Shown piece by piece: positions 9,664-18,588 of a stretch of DNA of 64,000 nt; the first letter of the stretch is position 1, and every line of letters starts with the position of its first letter. The stretch lies in IMG/VR virus record IMGVR_UViG_3300037184_000121, positions 32,001 to 96,000 of that record; one strand, given 5' to 3'. The stretch comes from a virus. Both the position numbers and the translations under genes were made by a program. Below the pieces are notes generated by a model. The model saw nothing but the letters and a program-made list of their open reading frames with translations. It ran no database searches and was not told the origin of the DNA.

Positions 9664-10590
9664 ATGTCTACTGTATTTGTACAGCAAGCAGGTAACGGAA
9701 TTAGTGGGGCAGGTACATTAAGTATAATGGTGCCCATTAGTGCTTCTACTTTAGGAAATCTTATAGTAGTCGCTACTGGGTTTGATAACTCTATAGGGGT
9801 TTTCGTATCTAGTATAACAGATAATGCTACTGGTGGTAGTAATACCTATGTTCAAGCTCCTGGTGCTTTTGCTGCAAATCCAAATGGTACTGGAGGGGCT
9901 GTTGGGGAGAATACAGATATTTGGTATTGCATGAATTGTAAGGCAGGGGCTACCCACGTAACAGTCTCCTATTCACCATCAGTTAGACACTGTATTGCAA
10001 ATGTTTTTGAATTTTCAGGTGCTAGTGTTTCTGTAATCGCAAATAATTTAATAGGTAATACAACACCAGTAAGCCCAGCACTTATTCCATCTAATACAGG
10101 GTCATTATTAGTAGCCGTAAGTCAAAATTATACTATTAATCCTACAGGTCAGACTGGAAGTTGGACACCTTTTATATATGGTGGTGGTGGTGGAGGTGGA
10201 AATATTGCAGCATATATAATTAATCCTCCTATAAGTTCACAACAATTAGTAGAAACTCCTAATGTTGCTGCCCAATTTGCTTCTTCCATAGTAGAATTCT
10301 ATACTCCTCTACCTCCTCTTACTCTAACTTTATCTGATTCTGTATCTTCAAGTGATACAACAGTAAAAGAGGATGAGAAAATATTAACAGATTCGGTTAA
10401 TATGGTGGACTCAGTAAATCAAGCAAAAGCAGTTCCATTAGCAGATAGCATGACAGTAACAGATTCCACCCCAGGATCATTCACTATTCAAAGTGATCAT
10501 CTCGTACCAGTTACAATTCCTATTATTGAGAAATTAGTTAATCAACTCGTGCCAGCCGACGTTAAGACATATTTTAAAATAGTTGAGTAA
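9664..10590 (+). CDS. Putative virion structural protein
   Basis: Beta-rich G/S/T composition, C-terminal L.DS repeats, in tail operon. Confidence 0.5.
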   Translation: MSTVFVQQAGNGISGAGTLSIMVPISASTLGNLIVVATGFDNSIGVFVSSITDNATGGSNTYVQAPGAFAANPNGTGGAVGENTDIWYCMNCKAGATHVTVSYSPSVRHCIANVFEFSGASVSVIANNLIGNTTPVSPALIPSNTGSLLVAVSQNYTINPTGQTGSWTPFIYGGGGGGGNIAAYIINPPISSQQLVETPNVAAQFASSIVEFYTPLPPLTLTLSDSVSSSDTTVKEDEKILTDSVNMVDSVNQAKAVPLADSMTVTDSTPGSFTIQSDHLVPVTIPIIEKLVNQLVPADVKTYFKIVE

Positions 10591-10601
10591 AGGAGATTCA
10601 T

Positions 10602-12515
10602 ATGAGTTCAGTGATTTTTAGTAACGCCCAGCGTATCATAGCCGCAATTTTTGATTGGCTACAAACCAGTAGTCAGGGCAGAATTGCAGATTTTATTACA
10701 GACACATTTTCAGCAGGTATTGATAATGCTACTACAGCAGGAGAAGGATTCCTTGTTGTTCCTGGTACAAATAATACCTCGCTCACTCCCTCCGTGAATG
10801 TTACTCTTGGGGGCATAGCTTATGATCTATTGGCGAATAGAATTTATATTTCTCCAACGGATACTACTCTTTATAATCCAGCAAATATAACGACTACAAC
10901 AAATGATGGTCTTGGGAATTTATTAGCTACCCCCCAGTCTACAGGTGTTGTTAATATCCCAGTAACCCAAGGTTCCCAAAATTATCTTTGGATTGATTAT
11001 CTTCCTACCATTAATACAGCTGCTTTTACAACTAATGAAATTACAAATGCTAAGATTTTCTATGAACAGACAGATGGGTACAACATTCAAGTAACTACTG
11101 TAAATGTTCCTCCAGATGCTAATTCTATTTTCTTAGCTTCCGTAAATATGACTGGTGGAGGTGCAGTAGCAAGTTCTAATATTTCACAAATTGGACGTAC
11201 TTACATGAGTATAGATCCTAAAATGGTTCCGATAACCACACCGTTTAATAATGGATCAAATCGTACTCCTGCTTATACTCAAAATACTACCTATACACTT
11301 GATGCTCATATTAAATCGATTGGTACAGGAACGGGAATAAGTCCCACGAATCCGCATAATATGTCCCTAGGGGATTTAGGAATATCTGCTATTGATACTG
11401 TAGTTGGGCGTAGCCAGATTGAAGGTAATAATAATGTTATTATCACTACAAATCCTAATCCTGTTGCTTCTGCTATGGCTTCTTATATTAATGGTGTAAC
11501 TTACGGTAGTGATACCCTTAATGTTTATGCTCTTTCAACTTACGGAGGTATTCCTGAATATGCCATTGTAAATGGTGCAGCTTATTCAGGGACCCAAATA
11601 TTTGGTGTGGCTCTTACAAATGCAACTGTGCCATTCCCCGCTGTTTCTGGTTTTTATTATGTCTATTGGGATTCTGTTGCTCAAGCTTTTGGGGTATCAA
11701 CATCTATTGCCGTTACAACGGATGTTACGAAGCTTTTACTTGCCTCTGTTACTTATACGTATGTGGGATCTACATTTCCACCAGATCACAATATTCTTTC
11801 TGGTTTAACAGATCTTAGACTTATTGGAGGTACAAATAGTTTATTGCAACGTTGGACTACAGTAGCAAGACCTGTAAATCCAGTAGTAGGGGAATTCGGT
11901 TTTAATACTACTCTTGGAATATTAGAATATTGGGATGGAACTGCTTGGCAACAGGTTGTTGAAGCTTCTGCAAATGGAAATGTTCCATCTGGAGCTATGT
12001 TAGATTTTGCGGGAACTTCTGCAAGTATACCAACTGGTTATCTTCCTTGTGATGGTTCAGTTGTATCTCAAGCAACTTATGCTAATTTATTCGCCGTCAT
12101 TAATACAATATGGAATACAGGTGGAGAAGGGGTCGGAAATTTTAGACTTCCTAATTTTCAAAGAAGTGTTGCTGTCGGATCTGGTGGAACGGAAACTACT
12201 GAATTGGGGAGTACCGTTGGTAGCGTTGGGGGAGTGGAATCTGAAACACATACTCATACAGAAAACCCCCATATCCACAATCAGGCAAATAATGGGATAC
12301 TTAATGTAAATATAGGTACTAATATAGGTATTTATGATATTTCAGGAAATCCACCATCTCCATCCTCAGACATGGGGGCTACAAATACTGCGGGGGGTAA
12401 TCCATGTTATCGTTTAACAGCTGGAACTACAACTCAAAGTAATTCTGGTATGAGTAGTTTCACCAGTAATAATTTTCAACCTTCAGCTGTAGTTACCAAG
12501 ATTATAAAATACTAA
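10602..12515 (+). CDS. Tail fibre protein with tail-collar domain
   Basis: VPSGAMLDFAG...PTGYLPCDGS.VS..TYANLF.VI...FRLPN collar motif. Confidence 0.85.
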   Translation: MSSVIFSNAQRIIAAIFDWLQTSSQGRIADFITDTFSAGIDNATTAGEGFLVVPGTNNTSLTPSVNVTLGGIAYDLLANRIYISPTDTTLYNPANITTTTNDGLGNLLATPQSTGVVNIPVTQGSQNYLWIDYLPTINTAAFTTNEITNAKIFYEQTDGYNIQVTTVNVPPDANSIFLASVNMTGGGAVASSNISQIGRTYMSIDPKMVPITTPFNNGSNRTPAYTQNTTYTLDAHIKSIGTGTGISPTNPHNMSLGDLGISAIDTVVGRSQIEGNNNVIITTNPNPVASAMASYINGVTYGSDTLNVYALSTYGGIPEYAIVNGAAYSGTQIFGVALTNATVPFPAVSGFYYVYWDSVAQAFGVSTSIAVTTDVTKLLLASVTYTYVGSTFPPDHNILSGLTDLRLIGGTNSLLQRWTTVARPVNPVVGEFGFNTTLGILEYWDGTAWQQVVEASANGNVPSGAMLDFAGTSASIPTGYLPCDGSVVSQATYANLFAVINTIWNTGGEGVGNFRLPNFQRSVAVGSGGTETTELGSTVGSVGGVESETHTHTENPHIHNQANNGILNVNIGTNIGIYDISGNPPSPSSDMGATNTAGGNPCYRLTAGTTTQSNSGMSSFTSNNFQPSAVVTKIIKY

Positions 12516-12529
12516 AAGGAAATTAAATT

Positions 12530-12802
12530 ATGAATGACTCTATAATTAGTTGTATTAAATGTACTGATGCAACAGGAAATGTAGACCACTATGATGTTTC
12601 TTTTTCTTTTTCTAATCTAGGATCTCTTCCTTTTACACCAATAGTAACTTTAAAATCATCAGATCTACAAAATTCTAATGATTTAAATGAAGTAAAAGCA
12701 AAAGCATGTACTCAAGCAACTCAATTAAAAGCTTTATATGTTTACCAAAATAGTCTTGTTTATTCAAAGCTTACAGATCTTAATGGCCCTGTAACTCTGT
12801 AA
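12530..12802 (+). CDS. Small protein, possible tail-fibre chaperone
   Basis: Position directly after the fibre gene only. Confidence 0.35.
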   Translation: MNDSIISCIKCTDATGNVDHYDVSFSFSNLGSLPFTPIVTLKSSDLQNSNDLNEVKAKACTQATQLKALYVYQNSLVYSKLTDLNGPVTL

Positions 12803-12815
12803 AAGGAGAACTACT

Positions 12816-13592
12816 ATGCATAAATTTACCTGGAAACCAGATCTACCTGATTTTCGTGATCTTACGTATAAGGCTATCCATAAGTACAGCCTTTATGAAC
12901 TTCCAGTAGCAGCAGATTTACGTTCTAGTTGTTCTCCTGTTGAAAATCAGGATCAGCTAGGCTCTTGCACAAGTTTCGCTTTGGCTGGAGCCCTTGAATT
13001 CTTGGAAGAGAAAGCTCTTTCAACAAAAACTGCTTCTGCTGAGATTCTTGCTTCTACCTATACTCCTTTTTCTCACCTTTTCATTTATTATAATGAACGT
13101 GATATGGAAGGTGACGTAAATGAGGATGGAGGTGGGCAGCTTCGAGATGGAATTAAGACATTGGCTACCCTTGGAGGCTGTTCAGAGCTTACTTGGCCCT
13201 ATGATGAGTCTAAAGTGTTTGATAAGCCCTCCGATGCATCTTATCAGGAAGCTCTTCAGCATAAAATTACTTCTTACCTTAGTTTGAATTCTATATCTGA
13301 TATGAAGCATTGTCTTTCAGATGGATTTCCCTTTGCTTTTGGATTTACGGTCTACGACTCCTTTGAGTCTGAAGAAACAGCTCGAACGGGTATTCTGAAG
13401 ATGCCTACTTATACAGATAGTTGTGTGGGTGGACATGCAGTGCTGGCAGTTGGCTACAGTGATGCTGAGCAAATGTTCATCGTTCGTAATTCCTGGGGTT
13501 CAGGCTGGGGCTTACAGGGATACTTCAAGATGCCCTACCAATATATCATGAATGCAAATCTAGCCTCGGATTTCTGGACGATTCGTAAGTAA
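12816..13592 (+). CDS. Papain-family (C1) cysteine peptidase
   Basis: QDQLGSCTSFA (Gln, catalytic Cys), GGHAVLAVGY (His), RNSWG..WG..GYF (Asn). Confidence 0.92.
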   Translation: MHKFTWKPDLPDFRDLTYKAIHKYSLYELPVAADLRSSCSPVENQDQLGSCTSFALAGALEFLEEKALSTKTASAEILASTYTPFSHLFIYYNERDMEGDVNEDGGGQLRDGIKTLATLGGCSELTWPYDESKVFDKPSDASYQEALQHKITSYLSLNSISDMKHCLSDGFPFAFGFTVYDSFESEETARTGILKMPTYTDSCVGGHAVLAVGYSDAEQMFIVRNSWGSGWGLQGYFKMPYQYIMNANLASDFWTIRK

Positions 13593-13602
13593 AGGAGATA
13601 AT

Positions 13603-14100
13603 ATGGACTGGGGAAATTTAATAAATCAAATTATCAGTGTTGTCTCACCTACCAATGTTCCAGTAGCGCAGCCTGACGATAATTTCGACGGGACTGAGCT
13701 GGAACTTGTAAGGGATACGTATTCTGAATTTTCTACACAGGGAAACCTTTCTATTGATGAGTCTTGGGAATGTTTTACTATAGAATGTCCTAAAGAATCC
13801 TACGAAGGTTCCCATGTGTGTATTCCTTGTGGCACATATGAGATTGAATTGGTTGATAGCCCTAAGCATGGACCAAATACCCCTCAGTTAGAAGAGGTTC
13901 CTGGTAGATCTCTTATTCAGATGCATAGTTCAAATTATGCAATTAATCCAGAAACTAAGCAAGTATTTTTATTAGGATGTATTGCCCCAGGCACTCAAAA
14001 AGATCCTAATGTAGTTTACAATTCTAAAGTAGCTATGGCTGCTGTTATGCAAAAGATAGATTGGGATAAACCAGTCAGAATAACAATTTCCGAGTCATAA
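13603..14100 (+). CDS. DUF5675-like protein (candidate cell-wall enzyme)
   Basis: STQGNL...FTIE.P...CIP.GTY...SPKHG...VPGRS.I.MH..N...GCI. Confidence 0.7.
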   Translation: MDWGNLINQIISVVSPTNVPVAQPDDNFDGTELELVRDTYSEFSTQGNLSIDESWECFTIECPKESYEGSHVCIPCGTYEIELVDSPKHGPNTPQLEEVPGRSLIQMHSSNYAINPETKQVFLLGCIAPGTQKDPNVVYNSKVAMAAVMQKIDWDKPVRITISES

Positions 14101-14123
14101 ATAAACCCTCCTGTAGTTCCCCC

Positions 14124-14152
14124 TTGACATTTTTCCTATCTAGATGTATACT
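14124..14152 (+). promoter_or_regulatory. sigma70-type promoter, predicted leaderless
   Basis: TTGACA-N17-TATACT; in-frame GTG 6 nt after the -10. Confidence 0.8.
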
Positions 14153-14158
14153 GTACTT

Positions 14159-14521
14159 GTGCAAGCATTTAATTTCATCTGTGTGTCTTGTGGCTCCCAA
14201 CTCTTAGAGACTGGTGTGCTACTTGCAACAGCAGAGGGACCTTTTGTGTTTTGTGAAACCTGCAGAACGCTCTATTATATTGATGCTCTAGAAAATGCTG
14301 AGGGTCATCCAGTGGTAGTTGTGGAACCTACTCGTCTTGAGCCTGAACAAGAGTTCGATATTATTAGGGGGGCATTGAAACAGACTCCTTTAAAAGAACA
14401 CTTAGATAAAGTGGAAGAGCGAAATGTTAATCCCCATTTCCAACAAGATTTGAAATCAATGATTACTGCTTCTGTAACTCCTAGCGATTTGATAAGGAAA
14501 CTACACAACTATCATGACTAA
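14159..14521 (+). CDS. Zinc-ribbon hypothetical protein
   Basis: CxxC...CxxC; start moved to GTG 14159 at the predicted +1. Confidence 0.6.
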   Translation: MQAFNFICVSCGSQLLETGVLLATAEGPFVFCETCRTLYYIDALENAEGHPVVVVEPTRLEPEQEFDIIRGALKQTPLKEHLDKVEERNVNPHFQQDLKSMITASVTPSDLIRKLHNYHD

Positions 14522-14807
14522 TTTTAAATGTTATGCCTGTTTGGTTAAACCCCCAGAACACAAGTTTAGTGAGTGCCTATCAGTTGAGTGTTCTTGTCAA
14601 TGTGTGAGAGAGGTTTATTCGAAAGGTCCAAATCAGGTGCTTGAAGATGTAGCAGCGGATAGTCCAAATTTTTTAAAGATAAATAATGCAGAGATTAAGA
14701 CTCTCCCAGATGCTACAAAAGAAGTGAAGGAGTTCAATAAAATAGATCGTTCCGAATGGCTACCTAAAAAGAAAAAAGATAAGAGATTCAAGCGCAGAGT
14801 GAGATAA
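14514..14807 (+). CDS. Cys-rich hypothetical protein with basic tail
   Basis: CYAC...H...C...CSCQC; KKKKDKRFKRRVR end. Confidence 0.55.
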   Translation: MTNFKCYACLVKPPEHKFSECLSVECSCQCVREVYSKGPNQVLEDVAADSPNFLKINNAEIKTLPDATKEVKEFNKIDRSEWLPKKKKDKRFKRRVR

Positions 14808-14811
14808 GACA

Positions 14812-15585
14812 ATCATAACCCTGAAGAGTAGTGAACATGTAGAACTTATTAAGAAAGCTGGCACAATCCTTTCGGATTGCCTCAGCTTTTTGTCGTTACA
14901 AGTACAACCTGGGGTGACAGGTTTACAGATTGATAAATTAGCAGATGATTTCATTCAGTCTCATGGTGGAACTGCTGCCTGTAAAGGATTTGAGGGATAT
15001 ACAGCAGCAACCTGCATTTCAGTTAATGCCAATGCAGTTCATTGTATCCCAGATAATAAACCATTTTTAGAAGGGGATATAGTAAAACTAGATATAGTAG
15101 TAGATTACCATGGCTGGAAAGCTGATTCTGCTATAAGTGTTCTCATTCCTCCAGTTAAACCAGAAGTCAGAAAGCTTGCAGAAACCACGTATACAGCAAT
15201 GCTACAGGGGATTTCAGCGTGTATTAATGGAAATACAGTCCAGAGTGTCAGTCAGGCAATTTATGACGCTAGAAACGAATATGGTATAGAATGTGGTGTA
15301 GTGAAAGAATTCACAGGGCATGGAATTGGACAAAATATCCATGAAGGGCCTTCTATTCCTAATGTGGTTATAAAAGAGAAGAATTCTCTCCTTGTTGAGG
15401 GGATGGTGCTTTGTATTGAACCTATTTTCTGCCTTGGAAAACCTGATATCTATTATAAAAAGGGGGAATGGAATACTTGGATGATGGACGGAGGTTTTGT
15501 TTCTCACTGGGAACACACAGTATTAGTAACTAACAATGTTCCTGAAATTTTAACATTACGAAAGGAAGAACGAGATCTTTTATGA
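14812..15585 (+). CDS. map: Methionine aminopeptidase type I (apparent ATC start)
   Basis: CISVN..AVHCIP, GDIVKLD, DSA, GHGIG..IHE.P, IEP, HWEHTV; MetAP-like N-terminus IITLKS...KKAG runs upstream of the called TTG. Confidence 0.9.
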   Translation: MITLKSSEHVELIKKAGTILSDCLSFLSLQVQPGVTGLQIDKLADDFIQSHGGTAACKGFEGYTAATCISVNANAVHCIPDNKPFLEGDIVKLDIVVDYHGWKADSAISVLIPPVKPEVRKLAETTYTAMLQGISACINGNTVQSVSQAIYDARNEYGIECGVVKEFTGHGIGQNIHEGPSIPNVVIKEKNSLLVEGMVLCIEPIFCLGKPDIYYKKGEWNTWMMDGGFVSHWEHTVLVTNNVPEILTLRKEERDLL

Positions 15586-15992
15586 AATGTAAAGATGTTA
15601 TTTGTGTTACATGTCACAATAAATTTTTTGGTGGTAGTACGGCTATGTATTGTTCTATATACTGTAGACCAAGGTATCAAAAAATAAAGAGAAATACCTT
15701 ACCAATTGCAAAGCGTTTTATAGGCTATTTAAGTGAGATTAAGATTGCAGCGGATTTGACTAGTAAGGAATATGAGCTTTTTTGGCCTGTTAGTATTGCT
15801 AATTCGTGTGATTTAATTGCTTTAAAAGACAATAAGTTATTTCGTATACAAGTTAAAACTGTCCATCGGGATACAAATGGTAAAATAACAATACCACAGG
15901 TTGATGTTTTGAAATATGATATTTTAGCATTATTTGTTGATAACTCAGAACTGCTATATTTTGATACTACTAATAAACCTTTTTATTTTTAA
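15582..15992 (+). CDS. PD-(D/E)XK homing-type endonuclease
   Basis: G..SE......L...Y....P....CDLI......RIQVKT...YDILA. Confidence 0.75.
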   Translation: MKCKDVICVTCHNKFFGGSTAMYCSIYCRPRYQKIKRNTLPIAKRFIGYLSEIKIAADLTSKEYELFWPVSIANSCDLIALKDNKLFRIQVKTVHRDTNGKITIPQVDVLKYDILALFVDNSELLYFDTTNKPFYF

Positions 15993-16008
15993 CCCTAGAA
16001 ATTATCCC

Positions 16009-16037
16009 TTGACATTCTTATCTACTCCTGCTATACT
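16009..16037 (+). promoter_or_regulatory. sigma70-type promoter, predicted leaderless
   Basis: TTGACA-N17-TATACT with extended TG; ATG 6 nt downstream. Confidence 0.85.
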
Positions 16038-16043
16038 TAAAAT

Positions 16044-16460
16044 ATGAGAACTGTCTTATTCATCTGCAGTGGTAACACTTGCCGAAGTCCAATGGCAATG
16101 AGTGTTGCCAGGACCTACCCTAAAATCTATGCATTTTCTAGGGGTCTTTCTGCTATGGATGGGGCTACAATGTCAGAGTGTGCTAAAAAGGCTTTAGAAT
16201 TAGCTAAGATCCCAGTGTCTCCTCATAAATCCAGGATGCTGCGTCCTGCTGATGTTGCACGAGCTGATTTGATTCTGGTGATGACTACCGTTCATCTCAA
16301 GGATATGAAGGTTGTATATCCAGAGGCTGCTGGTAAGACTTTCATGCTTAATCCCTTGGCTGATGTCGCTGATCCATTTGGTGATGAGTTGGAGCCATAC
16401 GTTAAGTGTCTTGAGAAGATTCAGGACTGGATAGCTCCGTGGTTGGACCAGCAAAAATAA
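16044..16460 (+). CDS. Low-molecular-weight protein phosphatase (LMW-PTP; YwlE-like P-loop)
   Basis: VLFICSGNTCRSPMA P-loop; ADLILVM; DVADPFG. Confidence 0.9.
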   Translation: MRTVLFICSGNTCRSPMAMSVARTYPKIYAFSRGLSAMDGATMSECAKKALELAKIPVSPHKSRMLRPADVARADLILVMTTVHLKDMKVVYPEAAGKTFMLNPLADVADPFGDELEPYVKCLEKIQDWIAPWLDQQK

Positions 16461-16463
16461 GAC

Positions 16464-16492
16464 TTGACAAGATAACAATGTCATGTTATACT
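16464..16492 (+). promoter_or_regulatory. sigma70-type promoter, leadered
   Basis: TTGACA-N17-TATACT; GGGAGG SD before ATG 16526. Confidence 0.85.
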
Positions 16493-16525
16493 TTAGTAGA
16501 TCAAAAAACCTGGGAGGGTACTAAA

Positions 16526-17182
16526 ATGGAAAGACACTTTTTGAAATGCTCGTACTGTGAAAGGCCGATGTCAGTTAATGTTGAGAATACTACTGAGATC
16601 GCTTTTATTCTAAAACAGAATTGTCCTTTGTGCGGAGAGCTTGCTCTTCGATATATGGGTCAAGTACGAAAGACAAATATTGTTCGTGGTGGAGTAAAGA
16701 GTGCTTGTGACTTGCGTTGCACCTCAGCAGTTGGCCCAAAGTGTGATTGCGTTTGCGCTAATGAAAATCACGGCACCCATCGTTTGGTGGTGTTTGATAA
16801 AGTTGTTGGTAAGCTGGAAGTTGTTGAAAAGGATTTGCTGAATAACAACGAGAATTACTTAGCCAGGATCAAGAGAATGGCGGCTGCAAAGAATAAGATC
16901 AAGGTTAATGTCATTACGTTCTTGAATTATCAAAATCGGGCTATCCTGGAATACCTTAAGCAGAATAAAGGGTATGCTTATAAGATGCCTTACGAAGATT
17001 ATCGCAAGTACAATATTTATCGTGAGATGCTGAAGAAAATTGACAAGATTGAAGACCTGAAGAGCATTCAGAAAAAGATCAACTCCTTGACGAAGCTGAT
17101 TAAGCAGATCGGGACAGGTCTTGACTACTTGGAAGCTTTGAGTGCAGCGAAAGAGGCTGCTGAAGCAAAGGTGGTCGCATGA
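16526..17182 (+). CDS. Cys-rich hypothetical protein
   Basis: CSYC, CPLC, CDLRC...CDCVC...NHG; strong SD. Confidence 0.6.
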   Translation: MERHFLKCSYCERPMSVNVENTTEIAFILKQNCPLCGELALRYMGQVRKTNIVRGGVKSACDLRCTSAVGPKCDCVCANENHGTHRLVVFDKVVGKLEVVEKDLLNNNENYLARIKRMAAAKNKIKVNVITFLNYQNRAILEYLKQNKGYAYKMPYEDYRKYNIYREMLKKIDKIEDLKSIQKKINSLTKLIKQIGTGLDYLEALSAAKEAAEAKVVA

Positions 17183-17513
17183 ACATCTACGGGACTGAGA
17201 AGGGACCTTTTTTCTGGAATAAGAATGCAATCATAGTCAAACTGTGGAATAGCTTGACTAAAGCTGACTATGATGCTGTGAGACTGCGACTGAACTAATT
17301 ACATGGGGTTAACACTTTTAACAGCAGCAGAACGTAAGATTCTCATTGATAAGCTTGTGGCAAATGATGTCACGGAGTATTTTCATATAGCTATTGGTGA
17401 AGGATCTTTGGAAGCAGGGAGAATTAGAAAGAATATTAGAAAACTCTATAATAAATTAGACGATGCAGAATTACTGAGTATCAAATTATGAATAGGATTA
17501 TCAAGGAGATCAT

Positions 17514-17735
17514 ATGATAGTTTGGGATGGATTTACTTTAGTTGGTTTAGTTATTGTTGGAATTGGATTTATATTGTATATTCTATCTATGGTCTTAGAT
17601 GGAATTGAGAAAGTATATGAACCAGTTGTCAAAGTAGAAAATAGTCTTGGATTGCCTTTCGGTGTAAAAGCAATTGTAAATTATGTTATTGCTTTATTTG
17701 TAATTGCTTTGTTGTGTAGATTTTTTAAAGTATAA
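17514..17735 (+). CDS. Small two-TM membrane protein
   Basis: Two hydrophobic segments; AAGGAG SD. Confidence 0.55.
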   Translation: MIVWDGFTLVGLVIVGIGFILYILSMVLDGIEKVYEPVVKVENSLGLPFGVKAIVNYVIALFVIALLCRFFKV

Positions 17736-17747
17736 GAAGAGGATAAC

Positions 17748-18362
17748 ATGCGTGTAAGGTATAATTTAGTCAGGAAAAAATTTGGTAGGCTTTTAGTGAC
17801 GAGTTTCCACCATAAGGATGAAAAATACAGAAGTAATTTCTGGAATTGTCAATGTGAATGTGGTAATATATTAGTACTTTCTGCATCAACTCTTCAAAGA
17901 AAGAAAAGACCTACAATATCATGTGGATGCTATAGATATGATAGGGTGTCGGGTCAGCCAGCTCCAAATAGATTACTTAAGGGTCGAGCAAATTTTAATT
18001 CCTTATTTCAGTCCTATATAAAAGCTGCTAAACAGCGAGAAATAATTTTTCTTCTAACACAAGAGGAATTTCGACAATTGACTAGTCAGAATTGTCATTA
18101 TTGTAATAGTGAGCCACTGCAGAACCATAGTAAAAGGGAAACCTACGGTTCTTATTTATATAATGGTATAGATCGTTTAGATTCTGATAAATCTTATATC
18201 TTAGATAATTGCGTTTCTTGCTGCAAGGTATGTAATTATGCCAAACGAATTATGACAGTTGAAGAGTTTAAATTTTGGATTACACGAGTATATAATAATT
18301 TTGTAAACCGAAGATTGGAGGATCATCCCCTCTCCTCAGCTCCAATTTCTTATGAGCAATGA
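17748..18362 (+). CDS. HNH homing endonuclease
   Basis: FGRL...WNCQCECG; CHYC...GIDRLDS...Y...NCVSCC..CN. Confidence 0.85.
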   Translation: MRVRYNLVRKKFGRLLVTSFHHKDEKYRSNFWNCQCECGNILVLSASTLQRKKRPTISCGCYRYDRVSGQPAPNRLLKGRANFNSLFQSYIKAAKQREIIFLLTQEEFRQLTSQNCHYCNSEPLQNHSKRETYGSYLYNGIDRLDSDKSYILDNCVSCCKVCNYAKRIMTVEEFKFWITRVYNNFVNRRLEDHPLSSAPISYEQ

Positions 18363-18588
18363 ATGTCCTTTACCGTGTAAGATTTGCTTTCACCCAGGAG
18401 AGCAGCATTTTGTATTTGAAGATACTGTTACCGAGTGGTTATTTAATGAGGATGTCGGTCATGAGGTCGAAGTAAATTCACCTTATCCTCGTCCTGTCTG
18501 TAATGAATGTTCAAGGGATTGTGTTTTTGAAGAGATGACTAATTTGGAATTTGTGGAATGGAAATATGATAATCATCAATGTAAGTAA
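18352..18588 (+). CDS. Cys/His microprotein, NLxYLE family
   Basis: CKICFH....H...CNEC...C; TNLEFVEWKY. Confidence 0.7.
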   Translation: MSNECPLPCKICFHPGEQHFVFEDTVTEWLFNEDVGHEVEVNSPYPRPVCNECSRDCVFEEMTNLEFVEWKYDNHQCK

